Notes: a model not told the origin generated them from the sequence alone. Shown: positions 1 to 15,950, counted from the stretch's first letter. The stretch: DNA of 64,000 bases from Octopus vulgaris (GCA_951406725.2 OX597834.1:15190001-15254000), one strand, 5' to 3'. Made by a program: numbers and translations.

Positions 1-20
1 TGTAACTTAAAATTATAATA

Positions 21-373
<353 letters not shown>

Positions 374-374
374 T

Positions 375-1650
375 AAGAGTGGCAGTGTGAGAGGAAGCTT
401 GCTCATCAACCACATGGTTCTGGGTTCAGTTCCAATTCGTGGCACCTTGAGAAAGTGTCTTCTACTAAAGCCTCGTGAGTGGATCTGGTTGACGGAAACT
501 GAAAGAAGCCCGTCGTATATATATATTATATTAAATTAGAGATAAAACCACTATTAGGCAAATCAATCAATGAAAAACATAAGCCAATACATAAAATTAA
601 TTTAATTTATATTATTTTAAATATATATCAAAAGTATTAAAAGTTTAATAAAAGATAAAGAGTAAAACACTACGATCGTTTCATGGCTGTACAATTCGAA
701 TAACAACAATTCAAATTCAATCAATAATTCAAGTTATGGTTACAGTCAATCTTCAGGTTAATTGAAATATCTAAAAAACAATCAGAAATATTTAAACAAT
801 ATTTTAAAGATATAAATAATATAATAATTTTACTCATAATAAACTCTATCATCAAACTAGAAATATAACTTAACAATTATGATTATATCAAAATCGACTA
901 TAATGTTAAATATATAATGATAATTTTTATATAATAGTCATTTTTAAACATTTTAAAACATTCTTAAATATTTATGTAATTAGATATAGATTAATACCGA
1001 TGTTAGATTATTGGTGGGTTTCCTACCTTATAAATTAAAATTAATATTTAACATTATAGTCGATTTTGATATAATCATAATTGTTAAGTTATATTTCTAG
1101 TTTGATGATAGAGTTTATTATGAGTAAAATTATTATATTATTTATATCTTTAAAATATTGTTTAAATATTTCTGATTGTTTTTTAGATATTTCAATTAGC
1201 CTGAAGATTGACTGAAACCATAACTCGAATTATTGATTGAATTTGAATTGTTGTTATTCGAAATGTACAGCCATGAAACGATCGTAGTGTTTTACTCTTT
1301 ATCTTTTATTAAACTTTTAATACTTTTGATATATATTTAAAATAATATAAATTAAATTAATTTTATGTATTGGCTTATGTTTTTCATTGTTTGATTTGCC
1401 TAATAGTGGTTTTATCTCTAATTTAATATAATATAATATAATATATTTATACTATAAAATTGGATTTAATCCTAAATCTGATTTTTCCCTGTAAGTTTGG
1501 ATTTATTCCTTAATATTTCATTATTAATATATATATATATATATAAATATATATGTATGTATATATGTATGTATTTGTGTGTCTGTGTCTGTCCCCCACC
1601 ATGGCTTTACAACCGATGCTGGTGTGTTTACGTCCCCGTAACTTATACGT
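375..1650 (+). mobile_element. SINE family A split by a ~1 kb insertion in its internal TA tract
   Basis: 5' half 375-515 ends in gaaagaagcccgtcg+TA; 3' half 1575-1650 (aaccgatgctggtgtgtttacgtccccgtaactt). Confidence 0.8.
522..1526. mobile_element. Inverted-repeat insert, probable Penelope-like element remnant with a hammerhead motif in each arm
   Basis: Arms 522-913 and 1044-1435 are reverse complements (5 mismatches spotted); 130-bp spacer; CTGAAGA (1201-1207)...GAAACGATCGTA (1275-1286); TA tracts on both sides. Confidence 0.7.
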
Positions 1651-1739
1651 TCTTGGAGCTTCTGCATAGAATGTCGCAAAATTCAACAGTAGCAGCCTAA
1701 CTGTGCACAAAAGATATATTGCATCCATACACACATACC

Positions 1740-1770
<31 letters not shown>

Positions 1771-2349
1771 ACATATATATATGAGTTTGTGTACGTGTAT
1801 GTGTGTACATACATACATACATACGTGCGACTAAAAAACAAGATGGTGCTCAGATAATTGTTTTATTGTTTTGTTAAAGTAATTTCGTCACCGACATTTT
1901 TGGAATTATCCACCATTAACAATAATGAAAGCTATCTTTTTTGACTAGGTATCTAATGAATGCAAAATATAGCAAGCAAAGCTAACGAGAAAATAAATAA
2001 GAAAAACAAATGGCTGAGACGTAATTTATTATCACCAGTCTTTCTATTGTTCTTTACGTTTTTTTTTTTTGTTGTTTTATGTTCATATAACTGAATTATT
2101 ATTAATCTTCTCATCATTCTGGGATTGTTGTTTTTTTTTTGTGTTATTTTTTGTTTTTATTTGAATCTTTTTGTTTGTGTTTTGCTTTTCTGAGTTTTTT
2201 TCTTTGTCATTCTTCTTTTTATCATTATTATTATTTTTTTCCTTTTATTTTATTTTATTTTATTTTTTTTTGTTTTTCGCAAATACTGTTCCCTGTTTTC
2301 TTTGAAAAGTGAAATAAGTGTAAAATTTATTGTTGAACATAATAAAGGT

Positions 2350-2353
2350 AGTA

Positions 2354-2410
<57 letters not shown>

Positions 2411-2721
2411 GAAATAATAATAAAAATAACGACAACAACAACAGAAAGTAGAAAGAAAAATTTGATTTGTGAGAAAGTTAATATCAATGATCTCTACCTG
2501 TCTAATTGTATGGGTGGCAGAGGGAGTTTGAGGAGAAAATGCCAGTACACACACACACACACACACATACATACACCTACATACATATACCACAAAAACA
2601 TATATATATATATATATATACATTATCGTATACGTAAGAATATATATATATATGAATACGTATATATATATATATATATACATTATCGTATACGTAAGAA
2701 TATATATATATATATATAATA

Positions 2722-2780
<59 letters not shown>

Positions 2781-2880
2781 TTATGTATGTATATATGTAT
2801 GTATATATATCAATATCTATATGTATGTATGTATGTACATATATATATATATATACATACACACAAACATATATATATGA

Positions 2881-2963
<83 letters not shown>

Positions 2964-3012
2964 TGTATGTATGTATGTACGTATGTATGTATGTATGTAT
3001 GTGTGTATGTAT
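2350..3012. repeat. Compound microsatellites (TAA)n, (CA)n, (TA)n, (TATG)n
   Basis: Read directly; includes a 60-bp-period duplication of cattatcgtatacgtaagaa (2621, 2681). Confidence 0.95.
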
Positions 3013-3489
3013 ACACGGACAACTAAGCAAGCAACCAGTCTGTCATACAAACAACCAGATAAAAAATAATCGAACGAAAACAAGCAAACGGTTCCTTTTA
3101 TATAAATTTTTTAAAATAAATATATTAATAAAGATGTAAAAATTCCAATTTCGAAATAGATTTGTTAATTTCGGGTTTTCAGGAATCATAATTGCTTAAA
3201 TGAATGGATGAAAGAATGAGTGACTAAAATAAACAAATAAATAAATAAATATATGGTTGGATGAAGGGTTAGATGAATGAATGGTGTATGAAGAGATATC
3301 AGCCTGAGTGATTGTAGAAATACGATTGTGTTGTGTTGCTTAATATTTAATTTGGTTATTGTCCTTCCATCGTCATCATCTATGGTATTTTATTTTATTT
3401 TATTTTATTTCATTTTATTTTTATTTCTATTTTTATTCTTTTTAATTTTGTTTTGCTCTTTAGCTTTCACCTTCTTTTGTCTTCGTTGC

Positions 3490-3685
3490 CACCGTCGTTG
3501 TCGTCGGCGTCGTTATGATCATCGCCGTTATGATAATAAGGATCATCGTTATCATTACCATCATGATTGTCATTGAGATCCTTATCGCTTCATCATCATC
3601 ATCAACACCCATCATCATCATCTTTATTATCGTGATTGTCATAGGAGTTGTCGTCTTCCTTATCACATCAGCATTGTCATCGTCG

Positions 3686-3719
<34 letters not shown>

Positions 3720-3867
3720 CATCATCATCATCACCATCATCATCATCATCGTCATCATGATCATCATCATCACCCTCATCATCACCATCATCATCATCTT
3801 TATTGTCGTGATTGTTATAGGAGTTGTCGTCATCCTTGTCACATCGTCATTGTCATCGTCGTCGACG

Positions 3868-3900
<33 letters not shown>

Positions 3901-3917
3901 CCACCACCACCATCGAC

Positions 3918-3949
<32 letters not shown>

Positions 3950-3958
3950 CATCATCAT

Positions 3959-3990
<32 letters not shown>

Positions 3991-4022
3991 CCACCACCAT
4001 CATCATCATCATCACCACCACC

Positions 4023-4054
<32 letters not shown>

Positions 4055-4118
4055 CATCACCACCACCATCATCGTCATCATCATCACCACCACCATCATC
4101 ATCATCATCACCACCACC

Positions 4119-4150
<32 letters not shown>

Positions 4151-4295
4151 CATCGTCATCGTCATCACCACCACCATCATCATCATCATCATCATCACCA
4201 TCATCATCGTCATCATCATCGTCATCACCACCACCATCATCATCATCGTCATCATCATTACTATCGTTGTCGTCGTCACCATCGTCGTCATCAAC
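3490..4295. repeat. (CAT/CAC/CGT)n trinucleotide tract, about 800 bp
   Basis: Read directly; source of the poly-His/Ser/Ile ORFs. Confidence 0.95.
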
Positions 4296-5043
4296 TTCCT
4301 CACCAACACTCGAGCGTCTTTTATTTCTGTCTTTAATGCGCTCTTGTCAGACACTTCCGCCATTGTTTGCTTGAACTCTGACTCACTTCCTCTCCTCTCC
4401 TCTCGTGTTTTGTTGGATATTGACCACAAATATTTGTTCCATTATTTAATCTTCACTAAATTTTGGAGTTCAATTGTTATTCGTTTGTTTATTTGTTTGT
4501 TTTTCTCTTTGTTTTTTTGTCATGTTTTTGTTTCTGTACTTTTCTGTTTTATACCTTTTCAATTTAATTCATATAGAAACCCTTTACTTTAGTGATACTA
4601 ATTTCCAGTTTGTTCTTTATTGTTTCCTTACCTACAAGAAAAATATTGCCTTTGATGTTAACAAGCTAAAACTTTTGGATTTATTTCTTGTATTTCAAAG
4701 GTCTTTTATAATCCTACTATTGTTATTTTGTAGTAGCTTTCTATCCGTCAGGAAACGAAATCTCTTTCTGTTCAGAGTACATGTACGTTTTGGTATAGTG
4801 ACTTTAATTCGGTATCGGAAGCTGGCTGTTTCTTTCTTATTAAGCATTTGAATTCATTCTAATTTACTTTACTGAAGCTGTAGATTATAAATGAGATGGC
4901 AAACGTATCTATTTCTGATGTCTTATTAGATTAGCTGTTTGTATGAATCGCAGTCTCCTTTAGTAGCCTTTACTTGTTTTTCTTGTGTATTTTATTTCCC
5001 GAGATTTATTTTCCTAAAAAGTATTAATATGACTTATTGAGAT

Positions 5044-5430
5044 CTAAGTTAAGTTAATTTTTGGGCCCAAAAAGCAAAAAGCAAGGCCATGTAGGGGGAC
5101 ATGGAGTTATGTACAGGGTGGTGTTCATGCAAAGAGTTCAGGCCATTTCTGGTCAAGAGAGACTTTGAACCAAGCAGTCGTCGGCATCTTCACTATCTCG
5201 TCCGGCAGCTTATTCCACGGATCCGCAACCCGGACGGAGAAAGCCCCTCTCCTTCGATTGAGATGAAATCGTCGCAGATAGAGCTTTTCGGAGTGACCCC
5301 GCAGCCGACGCTCTGGAGCAGGAGTGAAGAACAGCTCTTTCGAGAGGTTACACTTTCCGCTTATGATGTTGTGAGCGAGAATGAGATCACCACGGCGTCG
5401 TCGTTTTTCTAGAGAATAAAGGTCGAGCAT
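5044..5430 (-). mobile_element. CR1-clade LINE, 5'-truncated 3' end (ORF2 C-terminus, 3' UTR, short AACTT tail)
   Basis: ORF 5125-5430(-) LYSLEKRRRRGDLI...LRGHSEKL...FSVRVADPWNKLP fits the CR1 ORF2 terminus. Confidence 0.85.
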
Positions 5431-5597
5431 TTCGATTACTTCATATCTTCTTCCATTTATTTACGATGTGATCCTTCAGTATCATGTACGGCTTCTCTGA
5501 TGTCTATCACTACTATTGAATACAGCTATAGACAGCATTCAAGGGATCTATACCTGAGACTAAAATCGATCAATTCATTCAGTATATTGATAAATAT

Positions 5598-6395
5598 TCT
5601 TTTTTACTCAAGGCACAAGGCACGAAATTCTTAGGGAGTATGCCAGTCGATTAGATCCATCACAGTATACAACTGGTACTTAATCTAAATACCCCAAAAT
5701 GATGAAAGGCAAGGCAACCCCGGCGGAATTTGAACTCAGAACATAAAGGCATACGAAATACCCATTTCTTTACTACCCACAAGGGGCTAAACACAAAGGG
5801 GACAAACAAGGACAGACAAACGGATTAAGTCGATTACATCGACCCCAGTACATAACTGGTACTTAATTTATCGACCCCGAAAGAATGAAAGACAAAGTCG
5901 ACCGCGGCGGAATTTGAAATACTGCTAAGCATTTCGCCCGGCGTGCTAACGTTTCTGCCAGCTCGTCGCCTTAAGGCCCGTAATTCTGGGGGAGGATGCC
6001 AGTCGATTAGATCGATCACAGTACGCAACTGTTATTTAATCTATCGACCCCAAAAGGATGAAACGCAAAGTCGACCTTGGCGGAATCTGAACTCAGATTA
6101 TAAAGACATACGAAATACCTATTTCTTTACTACCCACAAGGGGCTAAACAGAGAGAGGACAAACAAGGACAGACAGACGGATTAAGTCGATTATATCGAC
6201 CCCAGTGCATAACTGGTACTTATATAATTGACCCCGAGAGGATGAAAAGCAAAGTCTACCTCGGTCGAATTTGAACTCTGAACGTAGCGGCAGACGATAT
6301 ACCTATTTCTTTACTACCTAGAACGTAGCGGCAGACCAAATACCGCTAAGCATTTCGCCCGGTATGCTAACGTTCCTGCCATCTCGCCGCCTTGA
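5598..6395 (-). mobile_element. Nested array of SINE family B (tRNA-like head, core cctttcggggtcgataaattaagtaccag, two tail types B1/B2)
   Basis: At least four overlapping partial copies of the consensus seen at 33978-34208. Confidence 0.9.
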
Positions 6396-6454
6396 AATGC
6401 ACTTTCTATCGTTGGCCCTTAATCCTCATTTTATTTGAGTTTTATTATTTGGGA

Positions 6455-6660
6455 GTTGAAACGCGTTGAACCGGCAGAATCGTTAGAATGCCAGATAAAA
6501 TTTTTAGCAGAACATCGTCCCTTGTTATTTTCTGAGTTCAAATTACAAGGTATACTTTGCTTTCCATCCTTTCGGGGTCGATGATATAAATACCAGTTGC
6601 AGAGAGAATTTCATAGAATCGACAAGACCCCTTCCCCCAAATTTTAGGCCTTAAGACTAT
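6455..6660 (+). mobile_element. SINE family B2, degenerate
   Basis: ctttccatcctttcggggtcgatgatataaataccag and ccccaaattttaggcctt tail. Confidence 0.75.
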
Positions 6661-7242
6661 AGCCATACTACAATCTCCTCGAATAGTGATCGCACACAAA
6701 TCACACCACGAAATGCGTCATTGTTATGTTGCTGGTCATTTTATCCATTGATGTAATTGTCTTATTTTGCAAACATTGTATTTCAAGACTATTTCGTTTG
6801 TATTTAAAATCTTGATTTACTTTGCCTTGTTTGCTTCGAGCGTATATTTGTGATTTCTTACCGTGTATGATGTACAAACAGTAAAGTTTCTATGCAGTAG
6901 ACGCATATTATAATTGTAAACATGACAAAAGTCACTTGTACACAGACAGGTCATTCTGTTATATTGCGTCTTATCTTGCTTGTTTTCAAATATTTATTTC
7001 GTTTGTCGTAGATCTTGACCTCATTTCTGTACAATTGTGTTATTTCAACGAAATATTTTGTCACAATCATCGTTAATGCATAAAGTGTGTTGTACACACT
7101 GGGACGTGCTTAGCGTCAATTTCTTCATATACTTCTTAAATTTAAATTTGATCCGTGACGATGTAAACAAATGTATATGAGATTTTTCGGAAGGCCACTT
7201 ATACACGAGGGAATGGTGTATTAAAACAAATATTATGATTAG

Positions 7243-7490
7243 TAGGAGTACTCCGTCGGTTGCGACGATGAGGGTCCCAGCTGATACGATCAACGGAACA
7301 GCTTGCTCGTGATATTAACGTGCTGAGCACTCCACAGACACGTGTACCATTAACGTAGTTCTCGGGGAGAATCAGCGTGACACAGAGTGCGACAAGGCTG
7401 GCCCTTTGAAATACAGGTACAAGAGAAACAAGAAGAAAGAGCGAGAGAAAGTTGTGATGAAAGAGTACAGCAGAGTTCACCACCACCCCC
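7243..7490 (-). mobile_element. SINE family C, tail type 2, 5'-truncated
   Basis: Homologous to 42496-42760. Confidence 0.85.
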
Positions 7491-8328
7491 TTACAACTTT
7501 TTCTTTGACGTTCTGATTTTTAAACGTTTCGAAGTCAACTTGCCCTTTTGTTGACTAGGCTAACAAAGAATAGATCCTGGGGACGCTTAGTTCGACTAAA
7601 TGCGGTGCTCCATCGTGGCCGCAGTCAAGTGACTGAAACAAATAAAAGAGTAAAAGAGAATACAAATAAATAAATAAATGCATGTACACTGGGTGAATCT
7701 GACTGGAAGATATTCGATCGTCGATCTTCACAATTTACGCAAACAGAAAGCTAAAGAAGACACAAGAATTTTCAGCCCCTGATTTATATTTGTCGGGTTT
7801 CTCGGCAACAGAAATCGAATATATTTGTATTGTTTTTATTTTTATTTCTATTTTGTTGTAATTTATATTTGCTTCACATCGTTTTCCATTTTTGCTCGAC
7901 AATCTCTTGTCCTACAGTTGATGTATTATCATACTTTTCTGCTAGTGGAAGACTCCTACCTGCTATAGTGGGTGTTAAATCATAATTTGTCTGCGCTGAT
8001 TATCGGGGAGGGATGTATTGTTTATGCAATGAAGTTATTATTGTCTTTCTTGTTTTCCTATGTGGTCTTTCTAATTCACTTATATAGAAGTTAACTCCGA
8101 CTTATTACTATTACAGCTACAATATTGATATCTATTACCTTTGCTTTTGGCATTTAGCTTAGCTTCAAGAAGTAATCATCTCATTCACTTATGATATATC
8201 TTCGGAAATCTTTCTTTCATTTTCATGGCTTATACACTGTCCAATTTATATTTTTGCGTTGTTTCCGTAGATATATTTATCTTTTCTTTCTTTTGTTTTA
8301 GTGATGGCTGCAAATAACATTGTATTAT

Positions 8329-9070
8329 ATTTTTACTTAACGTTTCCCCCTCCAAAATGGTCGTGGCACATATTTCTGAAACAAATTTCATGCTAGTTTC
8401 CTTCATTATAATTCTACACAGTACGTAACAAACTTTTTGCTTTCTACATACCTTAAACATATATTTTACGGGCCATACATATGTAGACAACATTTTCTTG
8501 TCTCATCTCTAGAGTCCTAAATATGCCTCCGCATAAAACTTACAACTACAGGTGACACACAGAAAAATAGTGAGGAATTGTATTCATTTTGAATTGTATT
8601 CATTTACGATGGATTGATTCCATTTTTTTTATTGTTTGGTAATTTGGCTTAAATCTACAAAATTGTTTTTCTATTTATTCATAGCATTTTTCTATTTACT
8701 CGTAGCATTTTTTACTTAACATCTCCCTGGGCAAAATGAACGTGGCTCGTTTTTCTAAAACAAATTTCATGCTAATTTCCTTCAGTATATTTCTACAGAT
8801 TACGTTAAAATTGGTCACGTTCTACCAATCTTCACCATATATTTTATAGGCCATACACATGTATGCAGGCAATGGCTACTTTCCACAACCTCACTGCCTT
8901 AAATCTGCATAGTCATAAAACTTACAATTGCAAATGTCAGACAGAAAAACAGTGACGAATTCATTTTGAATTGTCATGAGTTATGAAGCCTGAATATGAA
9001 TTTCACTTTCATTATTTCATTATTTCACTTTTATCCACAAAATTCATTTTGTATTTACTCATAGCATCTT
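8329..9070. repeat. Diverged tandem duplication, unit about 380 bp
   Basis: 8329-8709 and 8709-9070 share collinear blocks (tttacttaac, acaaatttcatgcta, ggccataca, cataaaacttacaa, attcattttgaattgt, tatttactc). Confidence 0.8.
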
Positions 9071-9989
9071 GATGTGCCCTTTCCTTTGTTGATACTAATG
9101 CATTTGGGCGTCATTCGTCATAAAATAACATACGATGTTACGTCATAAAAATATTTCTGTTCATGATCCTTCACCAATTTAAGTTCCTGTATTTTCTCTA
9201 GCATCATAAAGTTACTGGTCGTTGCATTCGTAACTGCCTTTTCTACGTTGACATATTGCAGCGTCTGCTTTTCCAGTTTCTACTGCGAAAGAGGAGATAA
9301 ACACACCGAAATGAATGCATTCAACAGTCTGATTACGGGGGAATGTGAACTGACTCAGTGTATTTACATCTATGTGTGTACAGCGAGAAATTTACTTTCT
9401 CACAACATATATTTATTGGCTTTCTGACCCGTTCGAAAGTGCCTGCAGCATATTTCAACCGGTATGAGTTTGTATTTATAAACATCACAGCGTGAGGTTC
9501 TCAGCCCGTACAAATCAGAATGGATTGCCAAGATGGTAGAAATTTATACCATGAAAAGAGCTCTGTGATTAGCCTGAGAGACTTCTATTGACATTTACTT
9601 TTCTTTGTCGTCCTAGTGTGAAGAACACGCATGGAAACCATTCTCCCTGTATTTTTATACTTGTTTCAGTTATTGGACGACAGCCATGATGCGACACCAC
9701 CTCTTAAAATTTTAGTCCAATAAACTACCATATTGAATATTCTTTTTTAAGGCTGATACTAACGCTCTGTCTTTTCCTGAAACGCTAATTTACTATTATT
9801 TAAACAAACCAACACCGGTTGTCAAGTGATATGAAGACAAGCATATATATACGAATTTACACATACATGCATACATATAAGTATATACATATATATATAT
9901 ATTTATATATATATATATATTATTTGCATATATATACATACATATATTTGTATGTATGCATGTATATATGTATGTACATATATATATAC

Positions 9990-10027
<38 letters not shown>

Positions 10028-10062
10028 GTGTATGTATATGTATATATGTATGTACATACATG

Positions 10063-10126
<64 letters not shown>

Positions 10127-10660
10127 TGATAGACTTCCATCCAGTTTCCACACACCAAATCGACTCACAAGCCTTTGGTCAAACTGGGCCCCGAGTAGTG
10201 GGACTAAACCTAAGAGCACGTCAGCTAAAGGGGCTTCGTAACGACGCAGGCACGGCGAGTAATTTTATTTTATAAATATTGTACACAAAATACAACCGAA
10301 TGTAAGTTATCAAACAAGTCTTTTCATGTGAGTTTCAAAAATGCTTTCTGTTGGATTTCTATTTTGAAAATATTTTAAAGAACATTTATGTTTCTTTTTT
10401 TCTTCCTTTGTACGTGAATACAAGTTTACCTTATTATTATTCATGGAATAAAACGATTGCAAGAAAATCATTTAAGGCATCCATTGTCAGGAAGATTCAA
10501 AGTAATTTATTTACAGTTCTATATCAGAAGGAAAAGAATGAATGAATGAATGAAAAGAACAAAATAAGTATATAACATGGAGAGTACTAGAAGGAAGGTA
10601 AAATATATGATTATTCATTTGTGTGTGCGTGTATATGTGTGTGTGTTTGTATGTGTGCAT

Positions 10661-10701
<41 letters not shown>

Positions 10702-10712
10702 CATATATATAT

Positions 10713-10787
<75 letters not shown>

Positions 10788-10822
10788 GTTGAATTTCTGT
10801 TTATTAAATATTCATTTACTAG

Positions 10823-10893
<71 letters not shown>

Positions 10894-11106
10894 TACACAA
10901 ATACTTGTAAATATAATGTATATATATATATACATTATATATATATAGATATGTGTGTGTGTGTTTGTGTGTGTATATATTTATATGTTTGTGCATGTGT
11001 TAGATGATACATATATATTAAGATTGGTAGATAAATAGATGCATAGACACATACATACATGAATACATACAGGCATATATACTTAAGTAGATATATTTAT
11101 ATACAC

Positions 11107-11154
<48 letters not shown>

Positions 11155-11215
11155 GAATTTCTGCGCATGTATAGTAACATATTTGACAAATAATTCATTT
11201 GTACATATATGCGCA

Positions 11216-11342
<127 letters not shown>

Positions 11343-11345
11343 TTA

Positions 11346-11384
<39 letters not shown>

Positions 11385-11925
11385 GGCTGTGTGTGTTTCT
11401 ATATATATGTTTGCATATATATATACTTATAAATGCAATTATATATATATATATATATGCATGCATATATATATACACCCAAATGCACACATACACACAC
11501 ACGTAGTTGAAAGGCAATGCATTGAAATGAAAGACTGAAGGATTATTTATTCCAGTAAAAAGAGTTGAGGCTGAATTTTCTATTTGATTTTATTCTCCTC
11601 TATTTTATTTCATAGCGAATATATTGTTGCCGATTCGTTTGACTTCGTTAGCGGAATACCAGAAATGTTGCAACAAAAACAAAATAAATAGATTTCATTG
11701 AAGACAATCTACCTATGATGTGTTTGAAGGGTGTATGCAGAAATTTTATGAAAACACATACGCACATAACATACATGCTTACATAGGTATGCACATATAT
11801 ACACGCAAAGACCTTTTACGAATTAACGTATATAATAACCATACATAGGTATACGGCCTGTACAATGTACTCTCATATGTATAAGTGAATATATATATAT
11901 TTATATATATATATATATATATATA

Positions 11926-12070
11926 GGGATAATTCACAAAAAATTAAACAAAAGACAACGACTGGTGGTGTAGACAACGAACAGATGTATTAGTTTAACG
12001 CTCGGGTAGTGAAAAAGTCTTTAACGTTTCGAGCCTACGCTTTTCCACAGAAAGGAACAGGGAGAGAAAA
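11926..12070 (-). mobile_element. TA-embedded micro-element (family E) with hammerhead-like motif, copy 1
   Basis: Homologous to 55281-55410 and 57838-57950; motif at 12019-12054(-). Confidence 0.7.
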
Positions 12071-12072
12071 TA

Positions 12073-12118
<46 letters not shown>

Positions 12119-12240
12119 TAAAACAATTGCAGCGTGGAAGGTGTTTCTTAAATGGCTTACAAACACCTTTCACGTTGCAATTGTTTTCGTTTCAGCACAT
12201 GATCTCAGATTAAATCACTTGCTATGCAACTACATCTCCG

Positions 12241-12271
<31 letters not shown>

Positions 12272-12279
12272 CTGACACG

Positions 12280-12865
12280 GAAATACCTTAAGTAAATATA
12301 TTTTGTCGAGTTATATCGAAATAATGCCCAAATTAAGTACAACGGCCAACCATAAGCATCCAGAACTTGCTAATTGTAAGGGCACTATCATTCATCTCGA
12401 TACTGTCAGTCAGCACACCTTTTTACAGACGCCGCAGAAGTCATTGCGTCTTGGCTGGGAAATTTTGCCGCCCCAAATGCTATAACGTAAGACCAATGAT
12501 AATGACTTGGTAAACGAACGAAAAAAAAACACTAAACGAGCAATGCTTTACATTGAGAAAACTGGGGCTGTCTCACCCAGATATTAGCCTGACCATGTGC
12601 CTGTAGGCAACCACTCATTTCAGACTCTTCAAAATTCATTGAAGGGATAGATCATCAACACTGATGGGAATATAAAAATTACGCCTGGAAGAGTTCTTCA
12701 CCAGAAAAGACAAGGAATTCTTTGAGCAGGGAATAATGGATCTGTCCGCAATATGGGAGAGAACATTGGAATGAAACGGTAATTGATTGCATATATAACG
12801 TTGTGTTTAAAACTCCTTCTTATGTTAGTTAAGATATCCGAACGGATGTTTTGGCAGACCCAGTA
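12280..12865 (+). pseudogene. Decayed mariner transposase, 3' half plus right TIR
   Basis: KHPELANCKGTIIHLD...GWEILP resembles mariner KRPELANRKGVILHHDNARPH...GWEILP; downstream EFFEQGIMDL...WE; ends ttttggcagacccagta. Confidence 0.75.
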
Positions 12866-13124
12866 TTATTGATTCAAACATATTGCACAAGCCAAAGGAA
12901 GAACTATCCAGAAATTATATCGACCCAGGAAGAACCACAGTAAATCGGAACTGTAAAAAGGAGAGCAAGCTGGAACTTTCAATCCATTGTCTACTCTTTT
13001 CGTTCTAATTTTTTTTTAATTTCAATTAATCCTTCAGTTGCGTGTGCCAATGCTTTAACATATAAATTCACATGAAGAAAAACAGCCATATTTATCAACA
13101 AATAAACAGACAGGTAAGTAGGTA

Positions 13125-14000
<876 letters not shown>

Positions 14001-14244
14001 GCTGTAGTGTGCTGTTGTTTTTCCTTTCGAAATAGCAAATATGTTGTAGTAAATTATTTCTGAACATTCAGGATCCCAGAGTAAGAAGACTCTTTAAATC
14101 TCAAAAGATATCTATAAACGTACATACATATATACACACCTAACTATTCATAAAATTATATATAACACACGCACATATATATATATATACACACATGTAC
14201 AATTACTAATATACGCTCATACATATAGGCACACATATACATTT

Positions 14245-14279
<35 letters not shown>

Positions 14280-14438
14280 GTATGTATATATATGTATATA
14301 TGTATATATGTAAATTTATATATATATATGTACATATATATATACATGTATAATTACTGATATACGCATATATTTATATATATATATGCACACACATACA
14401 TATATATATTTATATGTATGTGTATATATATATATATT

Positions 14439-14488
<50 letters not shown>

Positions 14489-15106
14489 CAATTGGACATA
14501 TATATATATATGTATGTATGTATATACATGCAAACACACGCACAATAATGAGTGACACACAGACACATTCGAATACGCATGCATACATTTGCAGCATATA
14601 AAGAAGAAGAAAAAAGAAGAGTGTTTTCGTTTACAACATCATTGACAAAGCAATTAAATTAATGTTTAAATAAATATTTCAATTGAAGTAAATAAATAAC
14701 GTTTGTTTTTTTGTTTGTTTCTTATTTCTCTATTTGTTTTTATCATTTAATTTTAATATTGGAATCCTATAAAATATTAAAACAGATAAAGCACTTTACT
14801 AATACAGAAACGTTTAAATAGTTCCCCCACCCCATATAAATACACGCATGCGCACACGCGACTTCCATACTCACGAATACGCACATATATATATATATAT
14901 ATAAACATATATTCTTAATATATATGTGTATATATTATATACATACATGTGTATATATATACATGTATAAATGCACATATAGACACACACACACATGTAC
15001 ACATACAGGAACGTATATGTATGTAGACACACATAAATATACACTTACATTTATATATGAATACAAACATCACAATTACATACGTATAATATATACGTAT
15101 GTGTAT

Positions 15107-15170
<64 letters not shown>

Positions 15171-15188
15171 TTAATAATAATAATAATA

Positions 15189-15247
<59 letters not shown>

Positions 15248-15344
15248 GTCACTGGCACAAGTGCTATCTATATAAACTAGTCAGAACCAGCTTCGGGAAC
15301 AAAAGCAATGTTTCTCAATTTTCTTTGCTGTGTGGAAATATTAT

Positions 15345-15920
15345 TTTCTACTCTTGGCACAAGGCCTGAAAATTGAGACCATTCTCAGTACGTAACTGGT
15401 ACTTAATTTATCAACCCCTAAAGGATGGAATTAGGAGAAATTTGATCTCAGAACATAAAGACAGATGAAATGCAGCTAAGCACTTAACCCAGCGAGCTGA
15501 CGTTTCTTCTTTCTTTATTACCCACAAGAGGCTAAACATAGAAGGGACAAACAAGGACAGACAAAGGGATATTAAGTCGATTACATCGACCCTAGTGTGT
15601 AACTGCTACTTAATTTATCGATCCTAAAAGGATGAAAGGCAAAGTCGACCTCGGTGGAGTGGAATTAGAACTCAGATCGTAAAGCCAATCGAAATACCTA
15701 TTTCTTTACTACCCACATGGGGCTAAACACAGAGGGGACAAACAAGGACAGACAAACGGATTAAGTCGATTATATCGACCCCAGTGCATAACTGGTGCTT
15801 AATTTATCGACCCCGAAAGGATGAAAGGCAAAGTCGACCTCGGTGGAATTTGAACTGCAGACGAAATACGGCTACGCATTTCGCCCTGCGTGCTAACGTT
15901 TCTACCAGATCGCCACCTTT
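15345..15920 (-). mobile_element. Nested SINE family B array
   Basis: Three overlapping copies; tail-into-head junction at 15691-15708. Confidence 0.9.
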
Positions 15921-15950
15921 GCGGAAATATTGCAAAATTACTGGAAGTAT

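Noticed and set aside
3648-4592. Poly-His, poly-Ser and poly-Ile ORFs
   Set aside because: All frames are open because of the (CAT)n tract; no domain or splice support.
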